DNA from: Legionellales bacterium
GTDB taxonomy: Bacteria; Pseudomonadota; Gammaproteobacteria; Eutrophobiales; Eutrophobiaceae
Length of the DNA: 64,000 nt
Direction: 5' to 3'
Assembly: GCA_002721165.1 (NCBI GenBank)
Contig: PBJS01000024.1
Coordinates: 1,918-65,917 of the forward strand
A model generated the notes under the pieces. That model was not told the DNA's origin and made no database searches. It saw only the letters and a program-made list of their open reading frames with translations. Made by a program: the position numbers and the translations under genes. Shown one piece after another: positions 1 through 9,456 of this stretch; position 1 is the first letter of the stretch, and the number at the start of each line of letters is the position of its first letter.

Positions 1-92
1 GCTGAATGCACAAAAGCTAAACAAAGTAGCCCACTAATAAAAAAAAACTTACCCGCCTTTTGTAATTTGTAGTTAACTAAGGACATGATTTT

Positions 93-1958
93 CTATTTAA
101 CGTCAAACTCGACTGTGTATGGATGAATATCAATCATCCATTCATTAATCCGTTTTTCCATATCAAGTGTTGCACCAACAAATTTCATAAAATAAATTGG
201 CTCTGCACGGCTACGCATCCTTACTGATAATTTGTATGTGCCAGGCTTTTTAATTAAATCTCCTGAGACTTTATACTTCGCATCACGATGCGCTAATGGA
301 GGAATAGAACGTCCTTCCATTCTGGCAAATGGAGGGTGGTTCATAACCGTTGTTGGCTGACCGGCTGGCCTTAGCATGGGGAGCTGATCGATATCAAAAT
401 TAACTGGTAGATACATCTCCCGATCAGTTCCTTTAAGATTTGTTGTCAAAAATTTTGTTTGTAAATTAAAGAGCTGATCATCATGTTCGATTGTTCCCTC
501 AGCTAATTCTATTGAATGAAGATCAACCATATCGCCATATTTATCAACATAACCAGATTCAAACACGCGCTCCCCATCAGGATCGGTAAGCACAACGTTT
601 AACCAAATCTCAGGCTGCGCCCCTAATGATCCAGATGGAAGATTATGACCTTCATCAACGTTGGTTACTCGATACCGAAAATTTAAATCTTTACCTATTT
701 CTGGGCCGCCTTTATCAAAAAAAGGTCCATCAATACGACTTCCGTTCTCCATAACAGCAAGACGATCAAGACGTTTATTTTCCAAAAGTTTTTCGTTTTG
801 ACCAATTATGTACCTTGCTTCTTCGCGTACTTTTCGTGCTGACCATATCTCCGGAAATTCTGGGGTCTCAACCAGTTCCTGTTCGAGTTTATCCTCCCAA
901 TCAGGCATCCCCCATGGTTCACGATAATTAAAAGTTAGCCATTCCTTAACAGACCATTTAAGTGCACGAACATTAAATGGAAATAGACCGGGATGTGCAA
1001 TTGGATAACCGGGTCCATAAAAAGCATGGTTCGAATGTTTACGATTAGCATCGCCAACAACACGTCCGTTTACGATTGCCACGGGGCCTGTATCATAACC
1101 TTTTGCCTCACCAGGTATTTTCCCCATATGACAATCTTGGCACGTCACTCCTTTTCTAAAAGCAGGACTATCTCTATACTGTTCCCAAACTACTTCTAGC
1201 TTGATGCCTATGTTAACTGCCACCTGATGGCATGACACACAAAATTCCGATTGCCCAATCGTTTCAAAAACCTTAGCGCCACCATGAATAGGGAAACCCT
1301 CTTCTTCAGGGCTAGTTGATATTTTATAAAAATCACGTTCGGCTATTACTTCGGCAACACCGGGAGCGTCTCCAGTATTATAAACGGGCTCATAAATACT
1401 ACCTGGGTTTACATGTCGCTCACCATTAACCTTAAAGAATGATTGATTAACCCTGTGGCATGTGATGCATGTTATTCCCTCTCTTGCCACTAACGAACGT
1501 TCCCACAGAGGTGATTCTCTGGGTTCGCCAATCTGAGTCCCGACTTGTTGATGACAGCGCACACAAAAACTGCCCATAGTGCCAGATGTTAGTGCATTGA
1601 CTGCCTGTTCAAATTTATGAAACATCGGCGAGATTGACGCATAAGCGTGGTTTGATGATGCCCATTCAGTAAAAATTCGCTGGTGACAACGGCCGCATAA
1701 TGCCGCCGACGGATATTGTGATTGCTTTAATATCTCAAGATGAGGGTCAATACCTCCGCCCCCACCAAGTAATTTTGGTTCAACATCACTAACCAATCTT
1801 TCCCACTGAGCTTCATAATCCTCGGGGAGCTTATGATTTTGATCGATGATTGACTCATCAGCTAAAGAAAATCTAGAAAATACAAAAAGGATCAGTAAAT
1901 AAAGTGTTGTCTTAAAAAACACCACAAAATATCTGTTTTGATGTATCTGTGTTTTCAT
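93..1958 (-). CDS. Secreted multiheme c-type cytochrome (five CXXCH) with a ~300 aa non-heme C-terminal domain
   Basis: N-terminal signal peptide (MKTQ...FSLADE). Heme motifs CGRCH, CVRCH, CITCH, CVSCH, CQDCH. An EWASSNHA motif resembles the NrfA/c554/HAO superfamily. A GHNLPSG motif sits in the C-terminal domain. Confidence 0.8.
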   Translation of the reverse strand: MKTQIHQNRYFVVFFKTTLYLLILFVFSRFSLADESIIDQNHKLPEDYEAQWERLVSDVEPKLLGGGGGIDPHLEILKQSQYPSAALCGRCHQRIFTEWASSNHAYASISPMFHKFEQAVNALTSGTMGSFCVRCHQQVGTQIGEPRESPLWERSLVAREGITCITCHRVNQSFFKVNGERHVNPGSIYEPVYNTGDAPGVAEVIAERDFYKISTSPEEEGFPIHGGAKVFETIGQSEFCVSCHQVAVNIGIKLEVVWEQYRDSPAFRKGVTCQDCHMGKIPGEAKGYDTGPVAIVNGRVVGDANRKHSNHAFYGPGYPIAHPGLFPFNVRALKWSVKEWLTFNYREPWGMPDWEDKLEQELVETPEFPEIWSARKVREEARYIIGQNEKLLENKRLDRLAVMENGSRIDGPFFDKGGPEIGKDLNFRYRVTNVDEGHNLPSGSLGAQPEIWLNVVLTDPDGERVFESGYVDKYGDMVDLHSIELAEGTIEHDDQLFNLQTKFLTTNLKGTDREMYLPVNFDIDQLPMLRPAGQPTTVMNHPPFARMEGRSIPPLAHRDAKYKVSGDLIKKPGTYKLSVRMRSRAEPIYFMKFVGATLDMEKRINEWMIDIHPYTVEFDVK

Positions 1959-2055
1959 AAAAAAATATTATCCAACTATATTACTCTATAAAACATCACT
2001 CACAATTTTGAACGAGGGTTCACTCATCGTGATTATAGTAGACTCGTTATCATCG

Positions 2056-3408
2056 CTATTTCTTTGAGATCTGCATTTCAGTTTCTACGGCAGCCTTTAT
2101 ACTTTCAATTGCTTTAACAAATTCCGAAGGGCGATATTTTTCATCATATTTAACTGCTTCATAAGCCATATCCATTGCAGTTTTTACTTTTTTTATCGTC
2201 GCACCCTTTAACATTCCCGCATCTTTCATCGCCTCAACAACACTACCAATCGAATAAGTAGCCTGCTCTGCAGCTATATAATTTACGTATTCTCCATGAA
2301 GACCAAACTCTATAAGCGCATTAAGCACCTTGCTCATTTCACCACCAGTGAAACTATGTTTGTTGATTTTTTGCACAACTCCTTGAATTGTTTGCTTCAA
2401 TGTCTTAGCCGCATCATAAGTCGCATCACCGCCTTTCATCGAGGACTGATGTAATATCCTTGCATCATCTTCAATGCGTTTCCCTAGCTCAGGATCAACA
2501 ACTGAAGTAACAACTCTTAACAACACAATATTTGCATCATTTAATTTAGGTATGCCAGGATCCAGACCTACGCTATCTCTCCTCTCCCAACGAAGATTAG
2601 ACATTGGGTGATGACAGGCATGGCAGTCAAAAAAGACCAACTCTGGAAAAATACCCTGACGATTACGTTTTTTATCTGTCAATGCATCTAAGGTTTCATT
2701 TACAGCAACAGCTTGACCAATCGCCCAGGTTTTAACACCGTTAGACCAAGTCTTTCGTTGCCTATAATCAGCATCAACACGATAGTGTGCCGGTTGGGTA
2801 GCTGTGTATGTATCAAGCTCAAAAGATAATCGTGGGTGTCCAGCGCCCATAATCTTATGGGTAAGAAATTTATTTTTTGTACCGTAGTGACAACTAAGAC
2901 AAAGCTTTGCTCTGGCTATTGGTTGCTCAGTTGGATATTGGCCTGCTTCTATATTTTCTTTACGTCCACCTACACCTGCAACATGGATACCGAGCCATTG
3001 CTCTGCGCCCCCGTGACAGGCCTCACAAGTTACACCATCATTTAATGTAAAATTTTTGGCACGTTTTGCTTTTGGGACATTATTCGCATGGCAATTAAGA
3101 CATGTATCATCTTTTTGTGGATCTTCGATACCTAAATTCTTCGCAATACGTAAGGCTCGTTCTTTGCCTAATGTTTTATAAGCACGAGCATGATGGTCGT
3201 ATTTTTTCCAAGTAATTGCCTCGTTTTGAAGTACTGATGAGTTCTGCCATGGCTTGACTGCCCCGTGGCAAGTCGAACCTGCGCAAGTCTGCACACCCAA
3301 GTGCATTGCATCTCCATATTGCGGTAGAGTTTCCGCTTTAAGAATTGAAACTTGAATTATTGATGATAATCCAAGTATAAAAAAAACGTATCTGAAGCCT
3401 TTATTCAT
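2056..3408 (-). CDS. Secreted multiheme c-type cytochrome (four CXXCH plus one CX4CH) with a helical C-terminal domain
   Basis: Motifs CLNCH, CEACH, CLSCH, CHACH, plus CAGSTCH. The signal peptide begins at MNKGFRYVFFILGL (Met15 of the track ORF). A GGGG Shine-Dalgarno-like stretch lies upstream of that Met. The track's alternative start is 3450. Confidence 0.75.
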   Translation of the reverse strand: MNKGFRYVFFILGLSSIIQVSILKAETLPQYGDAMHLGVQTCAGSTCHGAVKPWQNSSVLQNEAITWKKYDHHARAYKTLGKERALRIAKNLGIEDPQKDDTCLNCHANNVPKAKRAKNFTLNDGVTCEACHGGAEQWLGIHVAGVGGRKENIEAGQYPTEQPIARAKLCLSCHYGTKNKFLTHKIMGAGHPRLSFELDTYTATQPAHYRVDADYRQRKTWSNGVKTWAIGQAVAVNETLDALTDKKRNRQGIFPELVFFDCHACHHPMSNLRWERRDSVGLDPGIPKLNDANIVLLRVVTSVVDPELGKRIEDDARILHQSSMKGGDATYDAAKTLKQTIQGVVQKINKHSFTGGEMSKVLNALIEFGLHGEYVNYIAAEQATYSIGSVVEAMKDAGMLKGATIKKVKTAMDMAYEAVKYDEKYRPSEFVKAIESIKAAVETEMQISKK

Positions 3409-3480
3409 ATTGTTATTTGCCCCGTGGGTACTTTCATTAATTATACCCAAACTGCTATTGAATTTTTATCATAATAAACC

Positions 3481-3492
3481 GCTCTTTCGAGC
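3481..3492 (-). terminator. Small GCTC-GAAA-GAGC hairpin followed by a U-rich tract, downstream of tRNA-Ser
   Basis: Inverted repeat gctctttcgagc on the plus strand. On the minus-strand RNA it forms a tetraloop hairpin followed by GGUUUAUUAUG. It lies between tRNA-Ser and the cytochrome operon. Confidence 0.3.
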
Positions 3493-3577
3493 ATTTACAA
3501 TATCACTGGAATACACGATGAATCAACAAGTTGGCTGTAATAATGAAATTTGTCTTAACATTTATCAAAAAAATTAT

Positions 3578-3669
3578 TGGCGGAGAGGGAGGGATTCGAA
3601 CCCTCGATACGGGATAAACCGTATACTCCCTTAGCAGGGGAGCGCCTTCAGCCACTCGGCCACCTCTCC
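3578..3669 (-). tRNA. serV: tRNA-Ser (anticodon GCU) with a long variable arm and encoded CCA
   Basis: Reverse complement folds as a cloverleaf. The 7-bp acceptor stem is GGAGAGG/CCTCTCC. The anticodon loop is CUGCUAA and the T-arm is GAGGG-TTCGAAT-CCCTC. It sits downstream of csrA, as in E. coli. Confidence 0.9.
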
Positions 3670-3721
3670 ATTACTAAAAACGCTGTTTTTTAAATCAATG
3701 AAAAATATTAAAAATAACTAC

Positions 3722-3922
3722 TCAGTCAGCCGTTCCTGATGATACCGAGCCTTCAGATTTTTCATCCTGAATTCGATCGTATATTTCTTCACGATGCACA
3801 GATACATCTTTAGGTGCATTAATGCCAATACGAACTTGATTACCACGAATACCTAAAACTGTAATATCAACATTATCCCCTATCATCAATGATTCCCCCA
3901 CACGTCGCGTTAAAATCAACAT
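3722..3922 (-). CDS. csrA: Carbon storage regulator CsrA
   Basis: [48 protein letters not shown] is a near-consensus CsrA sequence. Confidence 0.95.
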   Translation of the reverse strand: MLILTRRVGESLMIGDNVDITVLGIRGNQVRIGINAPKDVSVHREEIYDRIQDEKSEGSVSSGTAD

Positions 3923-3987
3923 TTATTTATCCTCCTTGTGCTTCCTTAAATTATTTTTTCCAAATCCTTAATAACTAGTCTTTAACA

Positions 3988-5205
3988 CTAATCTGTTCCC
4001 AGATCAAATACCATATGTAAAACACGAACTGCGGGTTTTAAATATTTTTCATCTACAACAACAGAAACTTTGATTTCTGACGTTGAAATCATCTGAATAT
4101 TTATTTTTTCATCTGCCAACGCCTTGAATATAGTACTAGCAACTCCTGCATGAGAACGCATACCTACACCAACAACAGAAATTTTTACAATCCTGTTGTC
4201 GCCAGTTACATCTGTAGCATCTATGTCTTTTGCAGTTTCTTTCAAAATTGACATAGCTTTGTCATAGTCATTTCGATGAACTGTAAAAGTAAAATCAGTA
4301 CTATTATTTAAACCAACATTTTGAACAATCATATCCACTTCAATATTTGCTGCGGCAATTGGGTCAAGTATCGTAGATGCAATCCCAGGTTTATCCGGTA
4401 CGCCGACTACGGTCAATTTAGCCTCATCACTATTATGAGCAATTCCAGATATTAAAGCCGCTTCCATAATTTCTCCCTCATTAGTTATTAAAGTTCCCGG
4501 CCCCTCTTCAAAACTAGATAATACACGTAAATTTATATTATATTTCCCGGCAAATTCAACCGCGCGTGTTTGCAAAACTTTCGAGCCGAGGCTCGCCATT
4601 TCGAGCATTTCCTCATATGTTAATGAGGGCAATCTTTGTGCATTCTCAACTATCCTTGGATCTGCGGTATAAACACCATCAACATCTGTATAAATTCTGC
4701 ATTCATCGGCAGCAAGGGCTGTTGCCATAGCAACAGCTGTAGTGTCTGAACCACCTCGTCCTAATGTTGTTATATCTCCATCTTCGTTAACCCCCTGAAA
4801 ACCAGCGATGACAACAACTTTTCCCTGTTGTAATTCCTTTTTGACTCGTTCCACCTCTATATTAGCTATTCTCGCTTTGTTATGAGCGCTATCAGTATGT
4901 ATGCAGACCTGTCCACCAGTAAAAGACAGGGCCTGACAACCTTTCACTTCAAGTGCCATTGTTAACAAAGCGATTGTAACTTGTTCTCCGGTCGACAGAA
5001 GCACATCTAATTCTCTTGGATTCGGTGACTTTGTTATGCTATCAGCAAGAGAGAGTAGACGATTGGTTTCACCACTCATAGCAGAGACAACTACAACAAC
5101 TTGATGACCTTGTTTTTTGGTTTCAATCACCTTCTCAGCAACCAGCTGAATTCGCTCAGCAGTACCAACAGAGGTTCCACCATATTTTTTTACTATTAAT
5201 GCCAT
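3988..5205 (-). CDS. lysC: Aspartate kinase (monofunctional, LysC type)
   Basis: KYGGTSVG motif. 405 aa with ACT domains at the C-terminus. Confidence 0.9.
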   Translation of the reverse strand: MALIVKKYGGTSVGTAERIQLVAEKVIETKKQGHQVVVVVSAMSGETNRLLSLADSITKSPNPRELDVLLSTGEQVTIALLTMALEVKGCQALSFTGGQVCIHTDSAHNKARIANIEVERVKKELQQGKVVVIAGFQGVNEDGDITTLGRGGSDTTAVAMATALAADECRIYTDVDGVYTADPRIVENAQRLPSLTYEEMLEMASLGSKVLQTRAVEFAGKYNINLRVLSSFEEGPGTLITNEGEIMEAALISGIAHNSDEAKLTVVGVPDKPGIASTILDPIAAANIEVDMIVQNVGLNNSTDFTFTVHRNDYDKAMSILKETAKDIDATDVTGDNRIVKISVVGVGMRSHAGVASTIFKALADEKINIQMISTSEIKVSVVVDEKYLKPAVRVLHMVFDLGTD

Positions 5206-5271
5206 TGTTTTACCAAGTGTTAAAAAATCGTGGGATTCTATCTGAACTAAAAAGTATTAGAAATAGACAAT

Positions 5272-7878
5272 TTAGTTTTTAAGTTGGCTACGGACCCAAT
5301 CTGGAACTTTTGCTAAAGCACTTTCTAATTTCTTAGGATCATCGCCTCCGGCTTGTGCCATATCAGGACGTCCTCCCCCTCGCCCTCCAACCTGTTCTGC
5401 TACAAAATTTACCAAGTCACCCGCTTTAATGCGATTAGTCGTGTCGTCAGTAACGCCTGCAACTAAGCTCACCTTTGATTCATTAACAGTCGCAAGAATT
5501 AATACAGCTGTCCCAAGTTTATTTTTAAGCTGATCAACGGCATCACGAAGACTTTTCGGATCAGCAGTATCAATTGATTTAGCAACAATACTAATATCAT
5601 CAATTACAGTGGTTTCCTCAAGCAAATTTAAACCCGCATTGCTGGCTAATTTACCTCTAAGTTGTAATAACTCTTTTTCAAGTTTACGAGTTTTTTCAAG
5701 TTGTAAATTGAGTTTAGAGTCAACTGTTTCTACATTAGATTTCAATGATTCTGCCATTCGTTGTAACTTTGCTTCCATATTTTCAATCCAGACAAATGCT
5801 TCAAGGCCAGTAATTGCTTCAATACGCCTTACCCCTGAAGCTATACCTGATTCTGAAATAATTTTAAATACACCTATATCACCGGAACGTTCGACATGTG
5901 TCCCGCCACATAATTCACAAGAAAACTCCCCGCCAATATTTAACACCCTGACAGTATCTTCATATTTCTCACCAAATAATGATATCGCTCCTGATAATTT
6001 CGCTTTTTCGAGGGGCATAACCTGAATCTGAGTTTCATTATTCTCTAAAATTTTAGAATTCACTAGTTGCTCTATTTCCTTCAGTTGCTCATAAGTTAGT
6101 GATTCGTTATGTGAAAAATCAAATCGCAATCGATTGCTTTCAACTAGAGACCCTTTTTGTACAACGTGATCTCCTAGCATCTTTCTTAACGCAGCATGAA
6201 GTAAATGGGTGGCAGAATGATTACGTGCAACATCAGTTCGTATTTTTTGGTCGACTGAAGCACGAACAACATCACCCACTTTAAAAGTCCCTGTGCGTAG
6301 AATACCTAAATGAATATGTGACTGTCCTTGCTTTTTAGTATCTTCAACTTCAAAGAAAACATCGCCAGCAAATAATTCACCCTTATCACCAACTTGCCCC
6401 CCGGATTGCGCATAAAAGGGAGTCTCTAACAAAATTACGCCGCCGACATCACCTTCATTTAATTCTTTTACGTTTCTTCCGTCTTGGTAAAGCCCAATTA
6501 TTGTCGTCTTTTGCTCTAATCTTTCATATCCAGTAAATGCACTCACTAAGTTACTATCAGTATTAATAGAAACATCAATATCAAACTTACTTGCAGCCCG
6601 AGCTCGTTTTCGTTGTCCGGCCATAGCTTTGTTAAAACCCTTCATATCAACTTTCATATTTTTTTCACGGGCAATATCAGCTGTTAAATCTACTGGAAAT
6701 CCATAGGTATCATACAGACGAAAAACATCTTCGCCATGAATAACGTCACCTTTTGTTTTTGTAATAACTTCATCTAAAATTTTTAATCCTTGATCCAAAG
6801 TTTCAGCAAAACGCTCTTCCTCACTAAGCAACATGCTCTCGATATTTGATCTTGTTTTTGATAATTCAGGATAAGCATCGCCCATTTCTTCTTCAAGAAC
6901 CTCAACCAATTGATGAAAAAAAGGTTTTTTGAAGCCTAACTTATTACCATGTCGAATTGCACGGCGAATAATTCGTCGCAACACATAACCCCTACCCTCA
7001 TTAGAAGGAATTACACCGTCTGCCAATAAAAATGAACAAGATCGAATATGGTCAGCAACGACACGGCTAGAAGTTAAATCAATTTTTTTATTGCCACAAA
7101 GAGTTTTTATTTTTTTGATAATCTTTTCGAATGACTCAATTTCAAAATTATTATTAACTCCCTGCATGACGGCGGTAACTCTTTCGAGCCCCATTCCCGT
7201 GTCGACTGAAGGATGTGGGATAGGTGTTAATGAGCCGTCACTACCACGGTTAAATTGTGTAAACACTAAATTCCATATTTCAACATAACGATCTAAATCA
7301 GCGTCTTTAGACCCCGGAGGTCCACCAGGTATATCTTCGCCATGATCATAGAAAATTTCACTACACGGACCACAAGGTCCGGTGTCTCCTGCTGACCAGA
7401 AGTTATCTTTTTCGCCACAACGAGTAAATTGCTTTGATGAAACACCAATTTCTTTTAACCAAATATTAGCTGCCTCTTCATCGTCTTCAAAAACTGTTAT
7501 CCAAAGTTTAGACTCTGGAATTTTTAATACAGCTGTCAAATACTCCCAGGCATAAGTAATAGCATCTTGTTTGAAATAATCCCCGAAACTAAAATTCCCT
7601 AGCATTTCGAAAAACGTGTGGTGTCTTGCTGTGTATCCGACATTTTCTAGATCATTGTGTTTACCGCCGGCACGTACACAACGCTGCGATGATGCAGCTC
7701 GTTTGTATGGACGACTCTCTCTTCCAAGGAACACATCTTTAAACTGGACCATGCCCGCATTTGTAAATAACAGTGTTGGGTCATTTGCAGGGACCAAAGA
7801 ACTGCTTGGGACAATTTCATGATCTTTTGATTTGAAAAAATCCAGAAAGGATTGGCGGATGTCATTACTAGTCTTCAT
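5272..7878 (-). CDS. alaS: Alanine--tRNA ligase
   Basis: 868 aa. HHTFFEMLGNFSFGDYFK class II motif. C-terminal GGGRPDMAQAGG. Confidence 0.95.
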   Translation of the reverse strand: MKTSNDIRQSFLDFFKSKDHEIVPSSSLVPANDPTLLFTNAGMVQFKDVFLGRESRPYKRAASSQRCVRAGGKHNDLENVGYTARHHTFFEMLGNFSFGDYFKQDAITYAWEYLTAVLKIPESKLWITVFEDDEEAANIWLKEIGVSSKQFTRCGEKDNFWSAGDTGPCGPCSEIFYDHGEDIPGGPPGSKDADLDRYVEIWNLVFTQFNRGSDGSLTPIPHPSVDTGMGLERVTAVMQGVNNNFEIESFEKIIKKIKTLCGNKKIDLTSSRVVADHIRSCSFLLADGVIPSNEGRGYVLRRIIRRAIRHGNKLGFKKPFFHQLVEVLEEEMGDAYPELSKTRSNIESMLLSEEERFAETLDQGLKILDEVITKTKGDVIHGEDVFRLYDTYGFPVDLTADIAREKNMKVDMKGFNKAMAGQRKRARAASKFDIDVSINTDSNLVSAFTGYERLEQKTTIIGLYQDGRNVKELNEGDVGGVILLETPFYAQSGGQVGDKGELFAGDVFFEVEDTKKQGQSHIHLGILRTGTFKVGDVVRASVDQKIRTDVARNHSATHLLHAALRKMLGDHVVQKGSLVESNRLRFDFSHNESLTYEQLKEIEQLVNSKILENNETQIQVMPLEKAKLSGAISLFGEKYEDTVRVLNIGGEFSCELCGGTHVERSGDIGVFKIISESGIASGVRRIEAITGLEAFVWIENMEAKLQRMAESLKSNVETVDSKLNLQLEKTRKLEKELLQLRGKLASNAGLNLLEETTVIDDISIVAKSIDTADPKSLRDAVDQLKNKLGTAVLILATVNESKVSLVAGVTDDTTNRIKAGDLVNFVAEQVGGRGGGRPDMAQAGGDDPKKLESALAKVPDWVRSQLKN

Positions 7879-7888
7879 GAATGCCTAA

Positions 7889-8329
7889 TTATGACAAAAG
7901 TTGGCTAATTAGTTGACTGCTAAAACCCCTATTGAGTAAAAATCTTGATTGTTTTGATTTTTCCATACTATCGGAAGGAGGGTTTCCCCCAAACCTCTTA
8001 ACTCTAGCTGTCTCGGCTTGTGATAACCAGTCAACTGAGCATGCCTCGAGGTATTGTCTTATCACAGCTTTTGCTATGCCACGTTGCTGTAATTCCTGCT
8101 GAATTTTCAACGGCCCCTTCCCGCTACCAGCACGGTGATTTACGAAACTCTCTGCAAATCGTTCATCGCTTTGTAAGCCCTCGCTCGAGAGCTTATCCAA
8201 CAGCTCGTCAATTAATGTTTGGTCTTCACATGCCCTGGCAAGTTTGCGTGCTAATTCCTGACGGCTATGTTCTCTTCTTGCCAGAAAGTCACAAGCACGC
8301 TGTAAGACTTGTTGACGCTCTGTACTCAG
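7889..8329 (-). CDS. recX: Recombination regulator RecX
   Basis: The track ORF (7889..8200) starts at TTG. The frame stays open upstream to a TGA at 8360-8362 and encodes ...[17 protein letters not shown], a conserved RecX N-terminal motif. No ATG, GTG or TTG lies in that stretch. A CTG at 8327-8329 overlaps the recA stop (CTGA), so the start coordinate is uncertain. Confidence 0.7.
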   Translation of the reverse strand: MSTERQQVLQRACDFLARREHSRQELARKLARACEDQTLIDELLDKLSSEGLQSDERFAESFVNHRAGSGKGPLKIQQELQQRGIAKAVIRQYLEACSVDWLSQAETARVKRFGGNPPSDSMEKSKQSRFLLNRGFSSQLISQLLS

Positions 8330-9390
8330 ACTACTGCCTCCTCCTCTGTTTCTGTCTCTTCAGTTAATTCTTCAACTGGAATGGTCGGTAATAGTTTAGC
8401 CCGAATTTGCTCTTCTATTTCATTTGCAATCTCAGGGTTTTCTTTTAGGAAAACTCTCACATTATCTTTACCTTGGCCGATACGATCATCTTTATAGCTA
8501 TACCAAGCACCCGCCTTATCTACCAATCCTTCCTTGACGCCCAAATCAACTATCTCACCCTCACGAGAAATACCTTCATTATATAAAATACCGAACTCAG
8601 CCTGCTTAAATGGCGGGGCAATCTTGTTCTTGACGACTTTTACTCGTGTTTCGTTCCCTACCACTTCTTCGCCTTTCTTGATTGCGCCAATTCTACGAAT
8701 GTCTAAACGAACTGATGAATAAAATTTTAATGCGTTACCCCCTGTTGTGGTTTCGGGATTACCAAACATGACGCCTATCTTCATGCGAATTTGGTTAATA
8801 AAAATCACACAGCAATTTGCACGTTTTATATTTCCGGTTAATTTTCTTAAAGCTTGAGACATTAAGCGGGCGGCAAGACCCATATGAGAATCACCCATCT
8901 CACCCTCTATTTCTGCCCGAGGAACTAATGCTGCAACAGAATCAATTACAACCAATTCCACAGCACCACTGCGTACTAACATGTCGCAAATTTCAAGTGC
9001 CTGCTCTCCGGTGTCCGGCTGAGAGACCAGTAAGTCATTAATATTCACACCAAGTTTTTCAGCATAAACAGGATCCAGCGCATGTTCTGCATCAATAAAA
9101 GCACAGATCTTTCCCTGTTTTTGCGCTTCAGCAATTGCTGACAAAGTTAATGTCGTTTTACCAGATGATTCCGGTCCGTAAATTTCAACAACTCGACCAT
9201 AGGGTAATCCTCCTGCTCCCAAAGCAATATCAAGACCCAGCGAGCCGGTACTAACAGATGCAATTTTTGTGGCAGGCTGATCTCCCATTTTCATCACCGA
9301 GCCCTTACCAAATTGTTTTTCGATTTGGCTCAGTGCCATCGTTAACGCCTTTTTTTTGTCATCTCCAGTTTCTGTTGTCGCCATGTTCAT
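8326..9390 (-). CDS. recA: Recombinase RecA
   Basis: [12 protein letters not shown] Walker A motif. 354 aa. Strong AGGAGAA Shine-Dalgarno sequence upstream. Confidence 0.97.
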   Translation of the reverse strand: MNMATTETGDDKKKALTMALSQIEKQFGKGSVMKMGDQPATKIASVSTGSLGLDIALGAGGLPYGRVVEIYGPESSGKTTLTLSAIAEAQKQGKICAFIDAEHALDPVYAEKLGVNINDLLVSQPDTGEQALEICDMLVRSGAVELVVIDSVAALVPRAEIEGEMGDSHMGLAARLMSQALRKLTGNIKRANCCVIFINQIRMKIGVMFGNPETTTGGNALKFYSSVRLDIRRIGAIKKGEEVVGNETRVKVVKNKIAPPFKQAEFGILYNEGISREGEIVDLGVKEGLVDKAGAWYSYKDDRIGQGKDNVRVFLKENPEIANEIEEQIRAKLLPTIPVEELTEETETEEEAVV

Positions 9391-9427
9391 TTCTCCTATA
9401 TCGTTAAACTACCTTCATTTTGAATAG

Positions 9428-9456
9428 ACTATAGGGTATACTTTTATAGATGTCAA
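9428..9456 (-). promoter_or_regulatory. Candidate sigma70 promoter for recA (TTGACA, 17-nt spacer, TATAGT)
   Basis: On the minus strand, TTGACA lies at 9456-9451 and TATAGT at 9433-9428 with a 17-nt spacer, about 40 nt upstream of the recA ATG. The spacer contains repeated TATAG half-sites. Confidence 0.4.

Noticed and set aside
1-92. TAGTTAACTA palindrome and an A9 run just past the end of the 621-aa cytochrome gene
   Set aside because: It could be part of a terminator, but no GC-rich stem precedes the U-run on the transcribed strand. The window edge prevents assessing its context.
3410-3634. 74-aa plus-strand ORF
   Set aside because: It overlaps tRNA-Ser on the opposite strand and the cytochrome gene start. 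It has no ribosome-binding site and its composition is that of intergenic sequence, so it is spurious.
5206-5271. Lysine riboswitch upstream of lysC
   Set aside because: Only 66 nt separate alaS from lysC, which is far too short for an L-box aptamer. lysC appears to be operonic.
5609-7288. Several 60-140 aa plus-strand ORFs inside alaS (5609-6025, 6099-6284, 7091-7288)
   Set aside because: They are antisense to a confidently identified 868-aa alaS gene. They are low-complexity and serine-rich, typical of shadow ORFs.
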